64,000 nucleotides of DNA. Origin: an uncultured Bacillota bacterium (GTDB lineage: Bacteria; Bacillota; Clostridia; Christensenellales; UBA1242). Shown one piece after another: positions 32,545-41,333 of the stretch. The first letter of the stretch is position 1; each line of letters begins with the position of its first letter. The stretch is taken from assembly GCA_948465545.1 (NCBI GenBank), contig CAOJXO010000001.1, positions 95,728 to 159,727 of the forward strand, given 5' to 3'. The position numbers and the translations under genes are program-made. The notes under the pieces were generated by a model. It was given only the letters and a program-made list of their open reading frames with translations. It did not search any database and was not told the DNA's origin.

Positions 32545-33249
32545 ATGCAAAAAATCTTAGGCGGACTTAGAAAAATATGTGAAGAATTTAATTTAATAGA
32601 AAATGGAGATAAAATTGCGGTAGGCTTATCTGGCGGAAAAGATAGCACCACCCTTCTGTCTGCACTTGCAAAATACAGCGAATTTAGCAAAGAAAAATTT
32701 TCTCTTGTTGCAATCGCCGTAGATTTAAGTGACGGAAAGATGGATTACACCCCATTACAAAAATTCTGTGATGAATTAAAAGTCCCTTTCCATTTAGTAC
32801 CTTCAAATGTTTTTGAGGTGGTTTTTGATATTAGAAAGGAGAAAAACCCTTGCAGCCTATGTGCAAATATGCGAAGAGGAATATTAAACAGCACCGCAAA
32901 AGAACTTGGCTGCAATAAAGTTGCATTAGGTCATCACCAAGACGACTTAATCGAAACTTTTGTTATTTCTCTCTTTTTTGAAGGTAGACTTTCCACATTC
33001 AAACCTATGACATATCTTTCGAAAACTGACCTTCATGTAATCAGACCCCTTCTCTATTGCAGTGAAAAAGAAATAATAAATGTTTCTAAAAATTATCCTA
33101 TAATTACAAATGTATGTCCCGCCAATCATAAAACCGAAAGAGAAACAGCAAAAGAAATTCTTGAAAAATTAGACAAAAAATATCCAGACGCAAAAAAGAA
33201 GATTTTTAATGCAATTATTCACAAAGAAAGATACAATTTGTTTGATTAA
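32545..33249 (+). CDS. ttcA: PP-loop ATPase, TtcA-family tRNA 2-thiocytidine biosynthesis protein
   Basis: SGGKDS PP-loop and the PCSLCANMRRG cysteine motif typical of TtcA. Confidence 0.8.
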   Translation: MQKILGGLRKICEEFNLIENGDKIAVGLSGGKDSTTLLSALAKYSEFSKEKFSLVAIAVDLSDGKMDYTPLQKFCDELKVPFHLVPSNVFEVVFDIRKEKNPCSLCANMRRGILNSTAKELGCNKVALGHHQDDLIETFVISLFFEGRLSTFKPMTYLSKTDLHVIRPLLYCSEKEIINVSKNYPIITNVCPANHKTERETAKEILEKLDKKYPDAKKKIFNAIIHKERYNLFD

Positions 33250-33284
33250 AAAATAAAAAAATATTAAAAATTATTTAAAAATAA

Positions 33285-33322
33285 AGAAAAAATCGAGAAA
33301 ATACATTAAATATTCTCGATTT
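33285..33322. terminator. bidirectional terminator
   Basis: AAATCGAGAA...TTCTCGATTT 10-bp stem with A and T runs on both sides, between convergent genes. Confidence 0.75.
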
Positions 33323-33351
33323 TTATTTAATTATTAATTTATTTTAATTTT

Positions 33352-33897
33352 TTAACACTGTCTTTTAAGCCCATTAATACTTTCTTTTTGAGAGGTTAAA
33401 TTTGCTGAAATAGCCGTTATTTGACTGCTAATTCCTGGCGTATTTACCGCATTTTGAAGGCGTACATTCAAAGCAATCATACCTGACAAATAGTCTGAAA
33501 TTACACTAAGTCCACTACAAAAGTTGTTACCCAAACTAGGAATGGTAAGCTTTTCCCTAGGCGGATTATCCTCCCCACTTAAAGAATAATAAACATTAAG
33601 CACTGCCGCCTGAGCAACTTTATTCTCTGTCATAAGGCTTTGAATAGCACTTCTGTTACTCTGACTTATATCTCGCATCTGCTGATACATCATATCAAGC
33701 ACCCTTGTGCGGTTATACAAATCAGCAGCAAAACATACTGCATCTTCCCCACTTACCGTAGGCAGTGCGGGGCTAGGCCTTACTGGCACTGCATTTTGCG
33801 GAGGGGTAACTATAGGTGCAACAGGAACATTATTCACTTGATTATTTTCAACCATAACCTTACCCTGCCTCTGCGAGTCGTTTTTTAATTCATCCAT
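33352..33897 (-). CDS. hypothetical protein (181 aa), Pro/Val-rich N-terminal region
   Basis: Clean ORF. No family recognised. Confidence 0.55.
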   Translation of the reverse strand: MDELKNDSQRQGKVMVENNQVNNVPVAPIVTPPQNAVPVRPSPALPTVSGEDAVCFAADLYNRTRVLDMMYQQMRDISQSNRSAIQSLMTENKVAQAAVLNVYYSLSGEDNPPREKLTIPSLGNNFCSGLSVISDYLSGMIALNVRLQNAVNTPGISSQITAISANLTSQKESINGLKRQC

Positions 33898-33989
33898 AAA
33901 ATCTCCTTACAAATTTATATATGTCACAAACCGAAAGATTGTTTGACTTTATAAATTAAAGGGGATAAACTCTATACTAGGAGAAAATT

Positions 33990-35489
33990 ATGGTTACACT
34001 AATAATCTTGGACGGATTCGGCCTTAATAAAAAAACATTTGGAAACGCTATTGCAGCGGCAGGCACACCAAACCTTGATAAACTTATAAAAAAATACCCT
34101 TACACCACCCTTAAAGCAAGCGGAGAAGCAGTAGGCCTTCCCGCAGGGACTATGGGAAACTCAGAAACAGGACACCTTACAATAGGAAGTGGCAGAGTAA
34201 TCCTACAAGACTTAAAACTTATAGACAGCGAAATTGCAAATGGCAACTTCTTTAAAAATAAAGCCCTTAATAAAGCAATGCAACACGCTGAAAAAAACAA
34301 GAGCAATCTCCATATTATGGGGATTTTGTCCGATGGTAGGGTACACGCTGATATTAACCATTTATTTGCCATTCTCGATCAAAGTAAAAGTTACAAAATC
34401 AAAAATATATATCTTCATGTCTTCACAGACGGACGTGATACAGGACTGAAAGACGCACCTAAATACATTAAGATGACAGAAGAAAAAATTAAAAACACTA
34501 ATATTAAGATAGGAACACTTGTAGGCAGGGTGCTTCTTGACCGTGCAGGACAATATGATAAAGTAAAAAAGATGTATGATTTACTAGTGCATGGGAAAGG
34601 CGAAAAAGTAAATAGTGCTATGGAAGCCATAGAAAAAAGTTATGCAAAAGGGATATATGATGAAGTAATAGAGCCTTTTGTTATTGACAAAAATGCAAAA
34701 ATACAAGATAATGACAGCGTAATCTTCTATCACTATAGAAGCGACCGCGAACATGAAATCACCTCTGCTATTGTTGATCCAAACTTTAAAGAATTTAAAA
34801 CTAAAAAGTTTACAAATCTTCTCTTTACACCTATGACACAGTATCTAGATAGTTTAAAACATCTTAATACTATATTTCCACCAAAAGAAGTATGCAATGG
34901 GCTTTCTGAGATTATCTCTAAGAATGGCTTAAAACAATATCATATAGCTGAAACAACAAAATATGCACATGTTACATTTTTCTTTAATGGCGGAAGAGAT
35001 AAACCTTTTAAAGGCGAAGAACATAAGTTGATTGATAGTTATAATACTGACGACTTCTCTTACTACCCTAAAATGAGGGCTCTAGAAATTACCGAAAGTA
35101 CACTGGAAGCCATCGCTTCGCTTAAATACGATTTCATTCTTGTAAATTATTCCAACCCTGATATGATAGGCCATACAGGCAATTTTGAAGCCACTAAGGA
35201 GGCTATCACCTGCGTCGATAAACAAGCCTACGCACTTGCACTTGCCACACTTATGGCTGGTGGCGACTGTATTATTACAGCCGATCATGGAAATGCCGAA
35301 TGTATGATTGATGAAAAAGGAAATCCAATAAAAACACACACAACAAACGATGTCCCTTGCATACTTGTCAGCGAAAAATATAAAAAGGCGAAACTTAAAA
35401 AGAAGTGCTCTATAGCAAACATTGCACCAACTATACTTAAATTATTAAACCTTGAAATCCCAGACTCAATGGAAAACCCTTTATTTTAA
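33990..35489 (+). CDS. gpmI: 2,3-bisphosphoglycerate-independent phosphoglycerate mutase
   Basis: 499 aa. The N-terminus is ILDGFG...GNSETGHLTIGSGR, the catalytic Ser region. The C-terminus is ITADHGNAE, the metal-binding motif. Confidence 0.95.
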   Translation: MVTLIILDGFGLNKKTFGNAIAAAGTPNLDKLIKKYPYTTLKASGEAVGLPAGTMGNSETGHLTIGSGRVILQDLKLIDSEIANGNFFKNKALNKAMQHAEKNKSNLHIMGILSDGRVHADINHLFAILDQSKSYKIKNIYLHVFTDGRDTGLKDAPKYIKMTEEKIKNTNIKIGTLVGRVLLDRAGQYDKVKKMYDLLVHGKGEKVNSAMEAIEKSYAKGIYDEVIEPFVIDKNAKIQDNDSVIFYHYRSDREHEITSAIVDPNFKEFKTKKFTNLLFTPMTQYLDSLKHLNTIFPPKEVCNGLSEIISKNGLKQYHIAETTKYAHVTFFFNGGRDKPFKGEEHKLIDSYNTDDFSYYPKMRALEITESTLEAIASLKYDFILVNYSNPDMIGHTGNFEATKEAITCVDKQAYALALATLMAGGDCIITADHGNAECMIDEKGNPIKTHTTNDVPCILVSEKYKKAKLKKKCSIANIAPTILKLLNLEIPDSMENPLF

Positions 35490-35494
35490 CAACA

Positions 35495-35523
35495 AAAACA
35501 CAAGACCTTCTTGTGTTTTTATA
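35495..35523 (+). terminator. rho-independent terminator after gpmI
   Basis: AAACACAAG-acctt-CTTGTGTTT followed by a T-rich run. Confidence 0.8.
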
Positions 35524-35566
35524 TTTTTCCTTTGGAGTTTCGACAATTTTCGACTACAATTAATCT

Positions 35567-36196
35567 ATGACTTTTACCAAGAATTTTAAACTTATTCTAT
35601 CCTCCTTGATAATTCTATTTGTCAGCATTTCAAGTATGCTGGGAGTTTTTATATTCTATTAATTCCAAAAAGAGCCTTTAAACTTCATCCTAACTAGTAG
35701 CATAACCCTAGAAATAGATCAAACAAAAACAATATCCTACAATGTAAATTTTAAAGATGCCGAAATCACATTTCTCATTGCCGATCCTAACATTGCAAAC
35801 ATTGATGGCAATAAAATCACTGGTCTTGCAGAGGGCACAACAACCTTGCGTGCCACCGCACTATATAATGGACAAATTCAATATTCAAGTTGCGAAGTTA
35901 TAGTCGAACCTCGCCCTGCACTAAACTTCAATTTTAACATTACCCCTCTTGTAGACTGCTCGTACATAGATGCAACATTATATATGGCAAATAATACTGC
36001 AAGTTTTAAACTAGAAATCTTTGATAACAGCAACAATAAAATTGATATAAGTGATATAGATCATAGTTGCACTTGCGATATTTCACTTTCAAAACAAATG
36101 GATATAATTATCGTCACAGCCAACGACGAGGGTTATGTGGAATTTAAAGTACAAAATACAGATTTCATATTTAGCCTTCCTATTAAAAAATTTTAA
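35567..36196 (+). pseudogene. membrane-anchored Big_2-domain protein interrupted by an in-frame TAA
   Basis: ATG at 35567 encodes a 31-aa signal-anchor (MTFTKNFKLILSSLIILFVSISSMLGVFIFY). TAA follows at 35660-35662. The same frame then continues with a Big_2-like sequence (ITLEIDQTKTISYNV..IANIDGNKITGLAEGTTTLRATALYNG..) to the stop at 36196. There is no in-frame ATG downstream of the stop until ~35986. Confidence 0.6.
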
Positions 36197-36214
36197 AAAA
36201 ATCCTAAAAAAAGG

Positions 36215-36243
36215 TTGACTTGTTTTGCAATACAAGGTATAAT
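36215..36243 (+). promoter_or_regulatory. consensus sigma-A promoter of the (host) tRNA-Ile gene
   Basis: TTGACT (36215-36220), 17-nt spacer, TATAAT (36238-36243). It is the only near-perfect consensus promoter in the window. Confidence 0.8.
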
Positions 36244-36327
36244 TCTATTGCGTTGTTAAAAGAAGCGAAGAAAAAACTCACATAATCCCTCTTTGAGTAA
36301 TATAATCCTTCTTGTAAACGCATATAT

Positions 36328-36366
36328 AGAGGTGTAGCTCAGCTGGTTAGAGCACCACCCTGATAA
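36328..36366 (+). pseudogene. 5' half of host tRNA-Ile(GAU), truncated in the anticodon loop (attL side)
   Basis: AGAGGTG-TA-GCTC-AGCTGGTTA-GAGC-A-CCACC-CTGATAA, after which tRNA similarity is lost at 36367. The acceptor 5' arm AGAGGTG pairs with CATCTCT at 50362-50368. Confidence 0.85.
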
Positions 36367-36427
36367 AGAGAATTAGGGTCGGAGACGCAAGGTCAGAACT
36401 TGCCATGTCAAACACAATTTAATATGA

Positions 36428-36504
36428 TGGGATGTAGCTCAGTCGGTTAGAGCACCACCCTGATAAGGTGGGGGTCGGTGGTTCGAGTCCACTCATCCCA
36501 ACCA
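36428..36504 (+). tRNA. tRNA-Ile (anticodon GAU), complete, CCA-encoded, carried just inside the element
   Basis: Cloverleaf read by eye: TGGGATG / GCTC-AGTCGGTTA-GAGC / CCACC-CTGATAA-GGTGG / GGGTC / GGTGG-TTCGAGT-CCACT / CATCCCA-A-CCA. Confidence 0.9.
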
Positions 36505-36507
36505 TCG

Positions 36508-36535
36508 AAAAGTCCGTGTTTACGGACTTTTTTTT
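36508..36535 (+). terminator. rho-independent terminator after the element tRNA-Ile
   Basis: AAAGTCCGT-gttt-ACGGACTTT followed by T8. Confidence 0.85.
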
Positions 36536-36563
36536 ATGATTTTATAACTAAATTTAGCACAAA

Positions 36564-36599
36564 TTTTGACAGCAAATATACCTATTTTTGACAGCAAAT
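36564..36599 (+). repeat. two direct copies of TTTTGACAGCAAAT (candidate arm-type integrase sites)
   Basis: Identical 14-mers at 36564-36577 and 36586-36599, 22 bp apart. A third TGACAGCAAA copy lies at the other element end (50237-50246). Confidence 0.5.
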
Positions 36600-36716
36600 G
36601 TTTTTTTGCCAAAAAAGGACAAAAAAATAGACCGATAATTGCGATTTGCAACTATCGGTCTAAATTTACTTAAAACTGCCTAAAACTGATATATTTGTAG
36701 TCAAATTGTAGTCAAA

Positions 36717-38063
36717 CTACATTTCAAAATCTTTTTCTTTTTTGCGCTTTCGTTTTTCCAAAAGTTCAAGCAACTTATCAAGTTCGTCATCATTGAGATC
36801 TTCAAGTAAGTTTTGTGTTGTATTCGCCTGATCTGTCTTGTTGCCATCAACTGCATATTGTTTGTTTAATTTGTCGGTTGTTTTTTGAAAATATGAGCGG
36901 TCAACAGAGTTATATGTTGTGATTGTAGTTTTAACGGATTTGTGGCCCAAAAGTGCTTGAATAACTTTTGGGTTTTCATTATTCTCAAAAAGCATATTCG
37001 AATAGGTATGCCTTAGTCCATGAAAGTGAATCCCATATTTATCAAGTTTGTTTGACTTCAAAAATCTTTCAAGAATTGATTTTGTGCCAGAATAACTTCT
37101 CACACTTCCGTCACTATTACCAAAAACAAGCGAGGAATTTTGTGTTAAATTAACATTATTCTCTCGTCCAAAAAAGTGGCGATTTTCTTTCCATTCTTCC
37201 AAAGCTTGAATGAGAACATCTGGCATTGGCACTTCTCTAACAGAGCATGTCGTTTTCGTTTCACTGATGACGGTCACACGTTCTTTGACTTTCCCTTTTT
37301 CGTCAAACTTAGGGATGGTTGTTATTGCTCGTTTGATATTGATTGTCTTATTTTTAAAATCAATATCTTCCCAAGTGAGAGCCAATACTTCACCAGTTCT
37401 TAAACCTGCAAACATCATGCACATGCAAAGCGGTTTAAGAAATTCATGTGTGTTTAACTTGCTTAAAAATTCATCTCTCGCTTGCGGAGGGATTGCTTTA
37501 TATTTGTTTTCACTTTCATAAACTTTCCTTTCATTGCTTCGCACTCTTGTTCTTGTTGTAGGATTATTCGTCGCAAGTTTGTTATCAACAGCATAATTAA
37601 AAAATTGATTGAAGATAAATTTGACTTTCTTCACAACTGCAAGACTATATCCTTCTTCAAGCATTTCGTTAAGCACTTTCTGAATGACAATTGTGTCTAC
37701 TTCATCTATTTTCATATTCCCGATTTTAGGATCTATGTGCAATTTGAAATTTCTATATGTGTGTTCAAAAGTTCTTGGACTAACTTGCATTTTTTTAAAA
37801 ACTAAAAGCCACTCGTTCATCATCTCACCAATCGTTGTATTTTCAATATACTCATAATTATTGCTGCTTATTTTGTTCATTAATTTGTTGAGTTTGTCCA
37901 CGACTTCTAGACGCGATTTTCCGTAAACAGTCTTGCGAATTGTCTTACCATTTTCATTATATCCGGCAGTTGCAACGCCAGCCCATCTGCCATCTGATCT
38001 TTGGTATATTGACCCCTCATTGTTGCCACGTCTTGTTTTACTTCTTATTTTTTTCTTAGCCAT
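36717..38063 (-). CDS. int: tyrosine recombinase / phage-type integrase
   Basis: 448 aa. Catalytic signature: FAGLRTGEVLAL (Arg I), HGLRHTYSNMLF (H-x-x-R), LLGHKSVKTTITTY (His/Tyr). It is adjacent to the tRNA att site. Confidence 0.92.
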   Translation of the reverse strand: MAKKKIRSKTRRGNNEGSIYQRSDGRWAGVATAGYNENGKTIRKTVYGKSRLEVVDKLNKLMNKISSNNYEYIENTTIGEMMNEWLLVFKKMQVSPRTFEHTYRNFKLHIDPKIGNMKIDEVDTIVIQKVLNEMLEEGYSLAVVKKVKFIFNQFFNYAVDNKLATNNPTTRTRVRSNERKVYESENKYKAIPPQARDEFLSKLNTHEFLKPLCMCMMFAGLRTGEVLALTWEDIDFKNKTINIKRAITTIPKFDEKGKVKERVTVISETKTTCSVREVPMPDVLIQALEEWKENRHFFGRENNVNLTQNSSLVFGNSDGSVRSYSGTKSILERFLKSNKLDKYGIHFHGLRHTYSNMLFENNENPKVIQALLGHKSVKTTITTYNSVDRSYFQKTTDKLNKQYAVDGNKTDQANTTQNLLEDLNDDELDKLLELLEKRKRKKEKDFEM

Positions 38064-38316
38064 TTGTCACCTCACTTGCGTTGTTGTTTAAAGTCAGCCA
38101 AGTGACGAAATTAAGCACGCTTACAACTTGCCTTTTCCCAACTTTAGTTGTAGGAAAATCTTTGCTTCTCAAAAGATTTCTCACATTATCTCTTCCAAGC
38201 CCTGTAATTTTCATAATATCTTCACAATCTAAAAAATCTTTATCATATTTTGTTGAAATTCTATCCACTTCAGTTTGTATTAAATTGTTAATATTTAGTT
38301 GTTGATTGTTGTTCAT
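38056..38316 (-). CDS. xis: excisionase-family HTH DNA-binding protein
   Basis: 86 aa. It overlaps the int start by 8 nt. The HTH reads IMKITGLGRDNVRNLLRSKDFPTTKVGKRQVVSVLNFVTWL. Confidence 0.75.
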   Translation of the reverse strand: MNNNQQLNINNLIQTEVDRISTKYDKDFLDCEDIMKITGLGRDNVRNLLRSKDFPTTKVGKRQVVSVLNFVTWLTLNNNASEVTNG

Positions 38317-38495
38317 GTTTACTCCTCGTAGTTATATTTGTATTTATAAAAAATCGGTTTCGGGTATCCCGAAAGCTAAAAGATTGACGAGAACATTTGG
38401 TGATTCTGCCAAAAGCCTTTATTTTAGGGCAATTGGCAGATTTTATAACACCAAAAGTTTCTCACTTATCCTGTTTTCTTAAATCTCTATAAAAA

Positions 38496-39701
38496 TCACA
38501 TTTCAAAGTCTATAATTCCTTCTTCAACAAGCCTGCTAAACTTGGCTTCGTCAAGTCTTTGCATATATTCTTGAAAGGCACTCATAACTTCATATTCAAA
38601 TTGATTAGCAAGTCGCAAACACTCATTAAGTTGCTTTGCCAATTTCTTCTTTTGCATAAGTTTTTCTCTACGAACACTTGCATTAAGTTTTAATCTTTCG
38701 TTATCAATTTGTTTAATTTTGAAAGAATAGTCAATCACAATATTTCCAAGCCTGCGATAAATATCTTGCGTGTATTTCTTTTCAAAAAAGAATGGTTGTT
38801 TGCACCGATTTCGTTTGCAATAACATTCAAATCTTTCATCTTTATATTTTGCCAAATTAATAAAATCTTCATAGGCAACTTTTGAGAATTTTGATTTGTT
38901 TATCATATAACTTGTTATGCTGTCAATCTCAGATCGCAAACTTGACATATTCTCGCTTGCATAAGCAAGACTCCCTTTCTTTGAAAATCGGCCCGCAAGT
39001 GAAAGCAATTTGTTGTTGAGAATAAGCCCCATATTCTCGTTTAATTGCTCATTTACATATTCTTGAATAAGTTGTCTATTTCTTCTTTCTCGGGCTTTAA
39101 AATCAGTCGCAGCAAGCTCTAAATGTGCTTTAAATTCAAGAATGGCAGTTTTGGACAATTTGCCATTTGAAAACCCCTTGTCATCTTGTCGCGGACGCAG
39201 TCGAACCGGCTCTTTTTCAAAAAAGGATAAATGGATATGCCTGTTGTCGGTATTCTCGTGAAGTCCAGCATACCAAATCATATTGTCTGGATTAAGCCCT
39301 GCTCGTTTAAAAAACTTTGGCAATTCACTTTTCACAAGTTCATATGCCTGCTCATATGAATTGCACCAAGTCTTACCAAAGCTCTCTTCAAAGGTTATAA
39401 GCCCATCCCAAATAACAGACTGGGTTTCTCTTAATCGTTCTCTCAATTGCTTTTTATCCTTCTCTGATAAAAGTCCATTTTGATTAAATATGCCAGACGA
39501 TTTTTCTTTATTGTTTGCATACTCAACATAGTCTTTAAATTCTTGAATACCAGTTTGGATATAGTTAATATAATCTTTCGCTATGTTGGAAGAATAATAT
39601 TTTCTTTTCTCTTTATAAAAATCACTTGAATTGTTTGGCCCATAAAAGTTCAAGAAAAAGTTGACATTAGGCGTTTGATTATCTACCACCATTCTCCTCA
39701 T
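38496..39701 (-). CDS. relaxase (MobL/MobA-VirD2-like mobilization nuclease)
   Basis: His-triad region WYAGLHENTDNRHIHLSFF. The N-terminal YINYIQTG segment resembles MobL-type relaxases. It overlaps the upstream RHH gene. The start could instead be Met4 at 39692. Confidence 0.7.
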   Translation of the reverse strand: MRRMVVDNQTPNVNFFLNFYGPNNSSDFYKEKRKYYSSNIAKDYINYIQTGIQEFKDYVEYANNKEKSSGIFNQNGLLSEKDKKQLRERLRETQSVIWDGLITFEESFGKTWCNSYEQAYELVKSELPKFFKRAGLNPDNMIWYAGLHENTDNRHIHLSFFEKEPVRLRPRQDDKGFSNGKLSKTAILEFKAHLELAATDFKARERRNRQLIQEYVNEQLNENMGLILNNKLLSLAGRFSKKGSLAYASENMSSLRSEIDSITSYMINKSKFSKVAYEDFINLAKYKDERFECYCKRNRCKQPFFFEKKYTQDIYRRLGNIVIDYSFKIKQIDNERLKLNASVRREKLMQKKKLAKQLNECLRLANQFEYEVMSAFQEYMQRLDEAKFSRLVEEGIIDFEM

Positions 39702-40128
39702 ACTCTTTATTCATGATTTTGATTTTCTCATAATCAACATTGCAAAGCCCTTCACTAATGTCCCCGCCAACAATCTTATTGCCTTCGTTATTAAAAACTG
39801 CACAAGCAATATAGTTCAAAATCTTTTCTACAAATTTATTTTCAATATGTTGATCTGCACTATCAGCTTTTCTTTCACCATTTTGTCTTTTGAGTTCTTT
39901 GTTGATTTCGCTTAAATTTTCTTTAATTTCTGTCAAATTTATAATTTCATCATAGGCATTGTCTCCGAGCAATTTCTTTGCTCCAAGCAAAACGCAATGA
40001 CGAATAAAGTCTGCCATGTTGTCAAACTTTTTCTTGCTTTTGTCAAAAGCCTTTTCCAATGTTTCTTGATCCTCTTGTGTGTAAATTCGTAAAGTGTGTT
40101 GCAACTTCACTTTTTCTGGTTTTAACAT
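39679..40128 (-). CDS. MobC-like ribbon-helix-helix relaxosome accessory protein
   Basis: N-terminal strand-helix pattern (HTLRIYTQEDQETLEKAFDKS..MADFIRHCVLLGAKKLL). It sits immediately upstream of, and overlaps, the relaxase gene. Confidence 0.55.
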   Translation of the reverse strand: MLKPEKVKLQHTLRIYTQEDQETLEKAFDKSKKKFDNMADFIRHCVLLGAKKLLGDNAYDEIINLTEIKENLSEINKELKRQNGERKADSADQHIENKFVEKILNYIACAVFNNEGNKIVGGDISEGLCNVDYEKIKIMNKEYEENGGR

Positions 40129-40163
40129 TTTTACCTCCGTGTATTTTAAAATTTAGGTGCAAC

Positions 40164-40197
40164 AAAAAAAGAACGAGTGCAGGAAATCGTTCTTTTT
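40164..40197 (-). terminator. terminator after the sigma-like gene (alternatively an oriT inverted repeat)
   Basis: AAAGAACGA-gtgcaggaaa-TCGTTCTTT with a T7 run on the - strand. It lies in the 160-bp gap upstream of the mob genes. Confidence 0.55.
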
Positions 40198-40287
40198 CTG
40201 TTTGCTTCCTATAATATATAAAGGACATTTTAAAGTATAAAAGTTTAGGCAGTAAATGTATTTTTGATAGAAAATTTTAAAATTTTT

Positions 40288-40971
40288 CTATTTTTGTATT
40301 GATTTTATAAAATCAGTGACTGTTTTTGACATAAATTGCCAAAGTTTCTTTTGTTTTGGACTAAGCCCAACTCCAAGTTTATCTGCAGTTTTAATCGCTT
40401 GTGTCGCACCTTTTGCAAAATCTAAAATCTTATCTAAATCAAATTCAAAGTTCTCATTTGTCAAGCCTTCTTCAAGAGTGTCAATAAATTCATCTGTAAA
40501 ATGTTTGCAATGACTTTGCCAAAAATCTGTCTTAATAAAATCTTTATCTCTTGCAAGAAAGAAAACAAAATGCTTATAAGTTGTTTTCAAAAATTGCGTC
40601 AGTGCACTTTTGCTCATATTGTGTTTTTTGGCAATATCGCAAAGTTTCATATCTTTTTTAAATCTTTCAATCAAAATTTCTTTTTGTAGCGGTTGCAATT
40701 TTTCTGCAACTTTCCAAATTATTTCAGCAAAGATTTTATTATCAACCTCTTGCTCGATATCCACACTTTCATCTTTGATCGTCTCTATAAACTCAATCTC
40801 ATCGCCATCATCAGAAATGGTTTCAAAATAACTGCACTCATATTTACGTGCTTTTTTCATAAGTCTTCGCCAATATATATCGTTAGCCCAAAGATAGCGA
40901 GCAACTTCTTCACTGACTTCCAAGTCAATAGTTTTGTTATGTATTCGGTCTTTATACTTAATCCAAACCAT
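40288..40971 (-). CDS. sigma-70 region-4-like HTH regulator (227 aa)
   Basis: LQPLQKEILIERFKKDMKLCDIAKKHNMSKSALTQFLK resembles the sigma-70 r4 / LuxR-type HTH. The rest is unassigned. Confidence 0.5.
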   Translation of the reverse strand: MVWIKYKDRIHNKTIDLEVSEEVARYLWANDIYWRRLMKKARKYECSYFETISDDGDEIEFIETIKDESVDIEQEVDNKIFAEIIWKVAEKLQPLQKEILIERFKKDMKLCDIAKKHNMSKSALTQFLKTTYKHFVFFLARDKDFIKTDFWQSHCKHFTDEFIDTLEEGLTNENFEFDLDKILDFAKGATQAIKTADKLGVGLSPKQKKLWQFMSKTVTDFIKSIQK

Positions 40972-41027
40972 TCTTGCTCCTTTGCCAGATTATAACATAT
41001 ATGTTTCAACTTTGCTATGCATCTGAC

Positions 41028-41057
41028 AAAAAAAGACAAGCCAAAATATGGCTTGTC
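41028..41057 (-). terminator. rho-independent terminator ending the DGR transcription unit
   Basis: GACAAGCC-aaaatat-GGCTTGTC 8-bp stem followed by T7 on the - strand. Confidence 0.8.
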
Positions 41058-41080
41058 CTAAAAAGCGAGCATGAAAACCA

Positions 41081-41323
41081 TCAGCAAGACTTCCTTTTAA
41101 GTTTTTTGATTTCTTCTTTAAGTGCAAGAGTTTCTTCAGCAAGAGTTTTAAACTTTTCTTCGCTTGCTTTCATTTCTTTCTCAATTCCAACCCTGGATTT
41201 TTCATCCGCGTCAACATATCTTTCCATGATATCGAGTTTCTCTGCTTCCAACCCATCAAGCGTTTTAAGTTTTTCATCCAATGCTTTTTCAAATTGTTTT
41301 AATTGTTTTTCAACGTTTTCCAT
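41081..41323 (-). CDS. small coiled-coil protein (80 aa)
   Basis: AAGGAG RBS. Heptad-like, Glu/Lys-rich sequence. The gene is translationally close to the stop of the DGR target. Confidence 0.55.
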   Translation of the reverse strand: MENVEKQLKQFEKALDEKLKTLDGLEAEKLDIMERYVDADEKSRVGIEKEMKASEEKFKTLAEETLALKEEIKKLKRKSC

Positions 41324-41333
41324 AAGTCACTCC

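Noticed and set aside
36400-36425. Own promoter for the element tRNA (TTGCCA ... TAATAT)
   Set aside because: The spacer is only 14 nt. The -10 would end 2 nt before the mature tRNA 5' end, which is not a credible sigma-A promoter geometry.
36328-36504. Two tandem tRNA-Ile genes
   Set aside because: The first copy stops matching a tRNA immediately after the anticodon loop, with no anticodon-stem 3' strand, T arm or acceptor 3' strand. Its missing half lies at 50326..50372.
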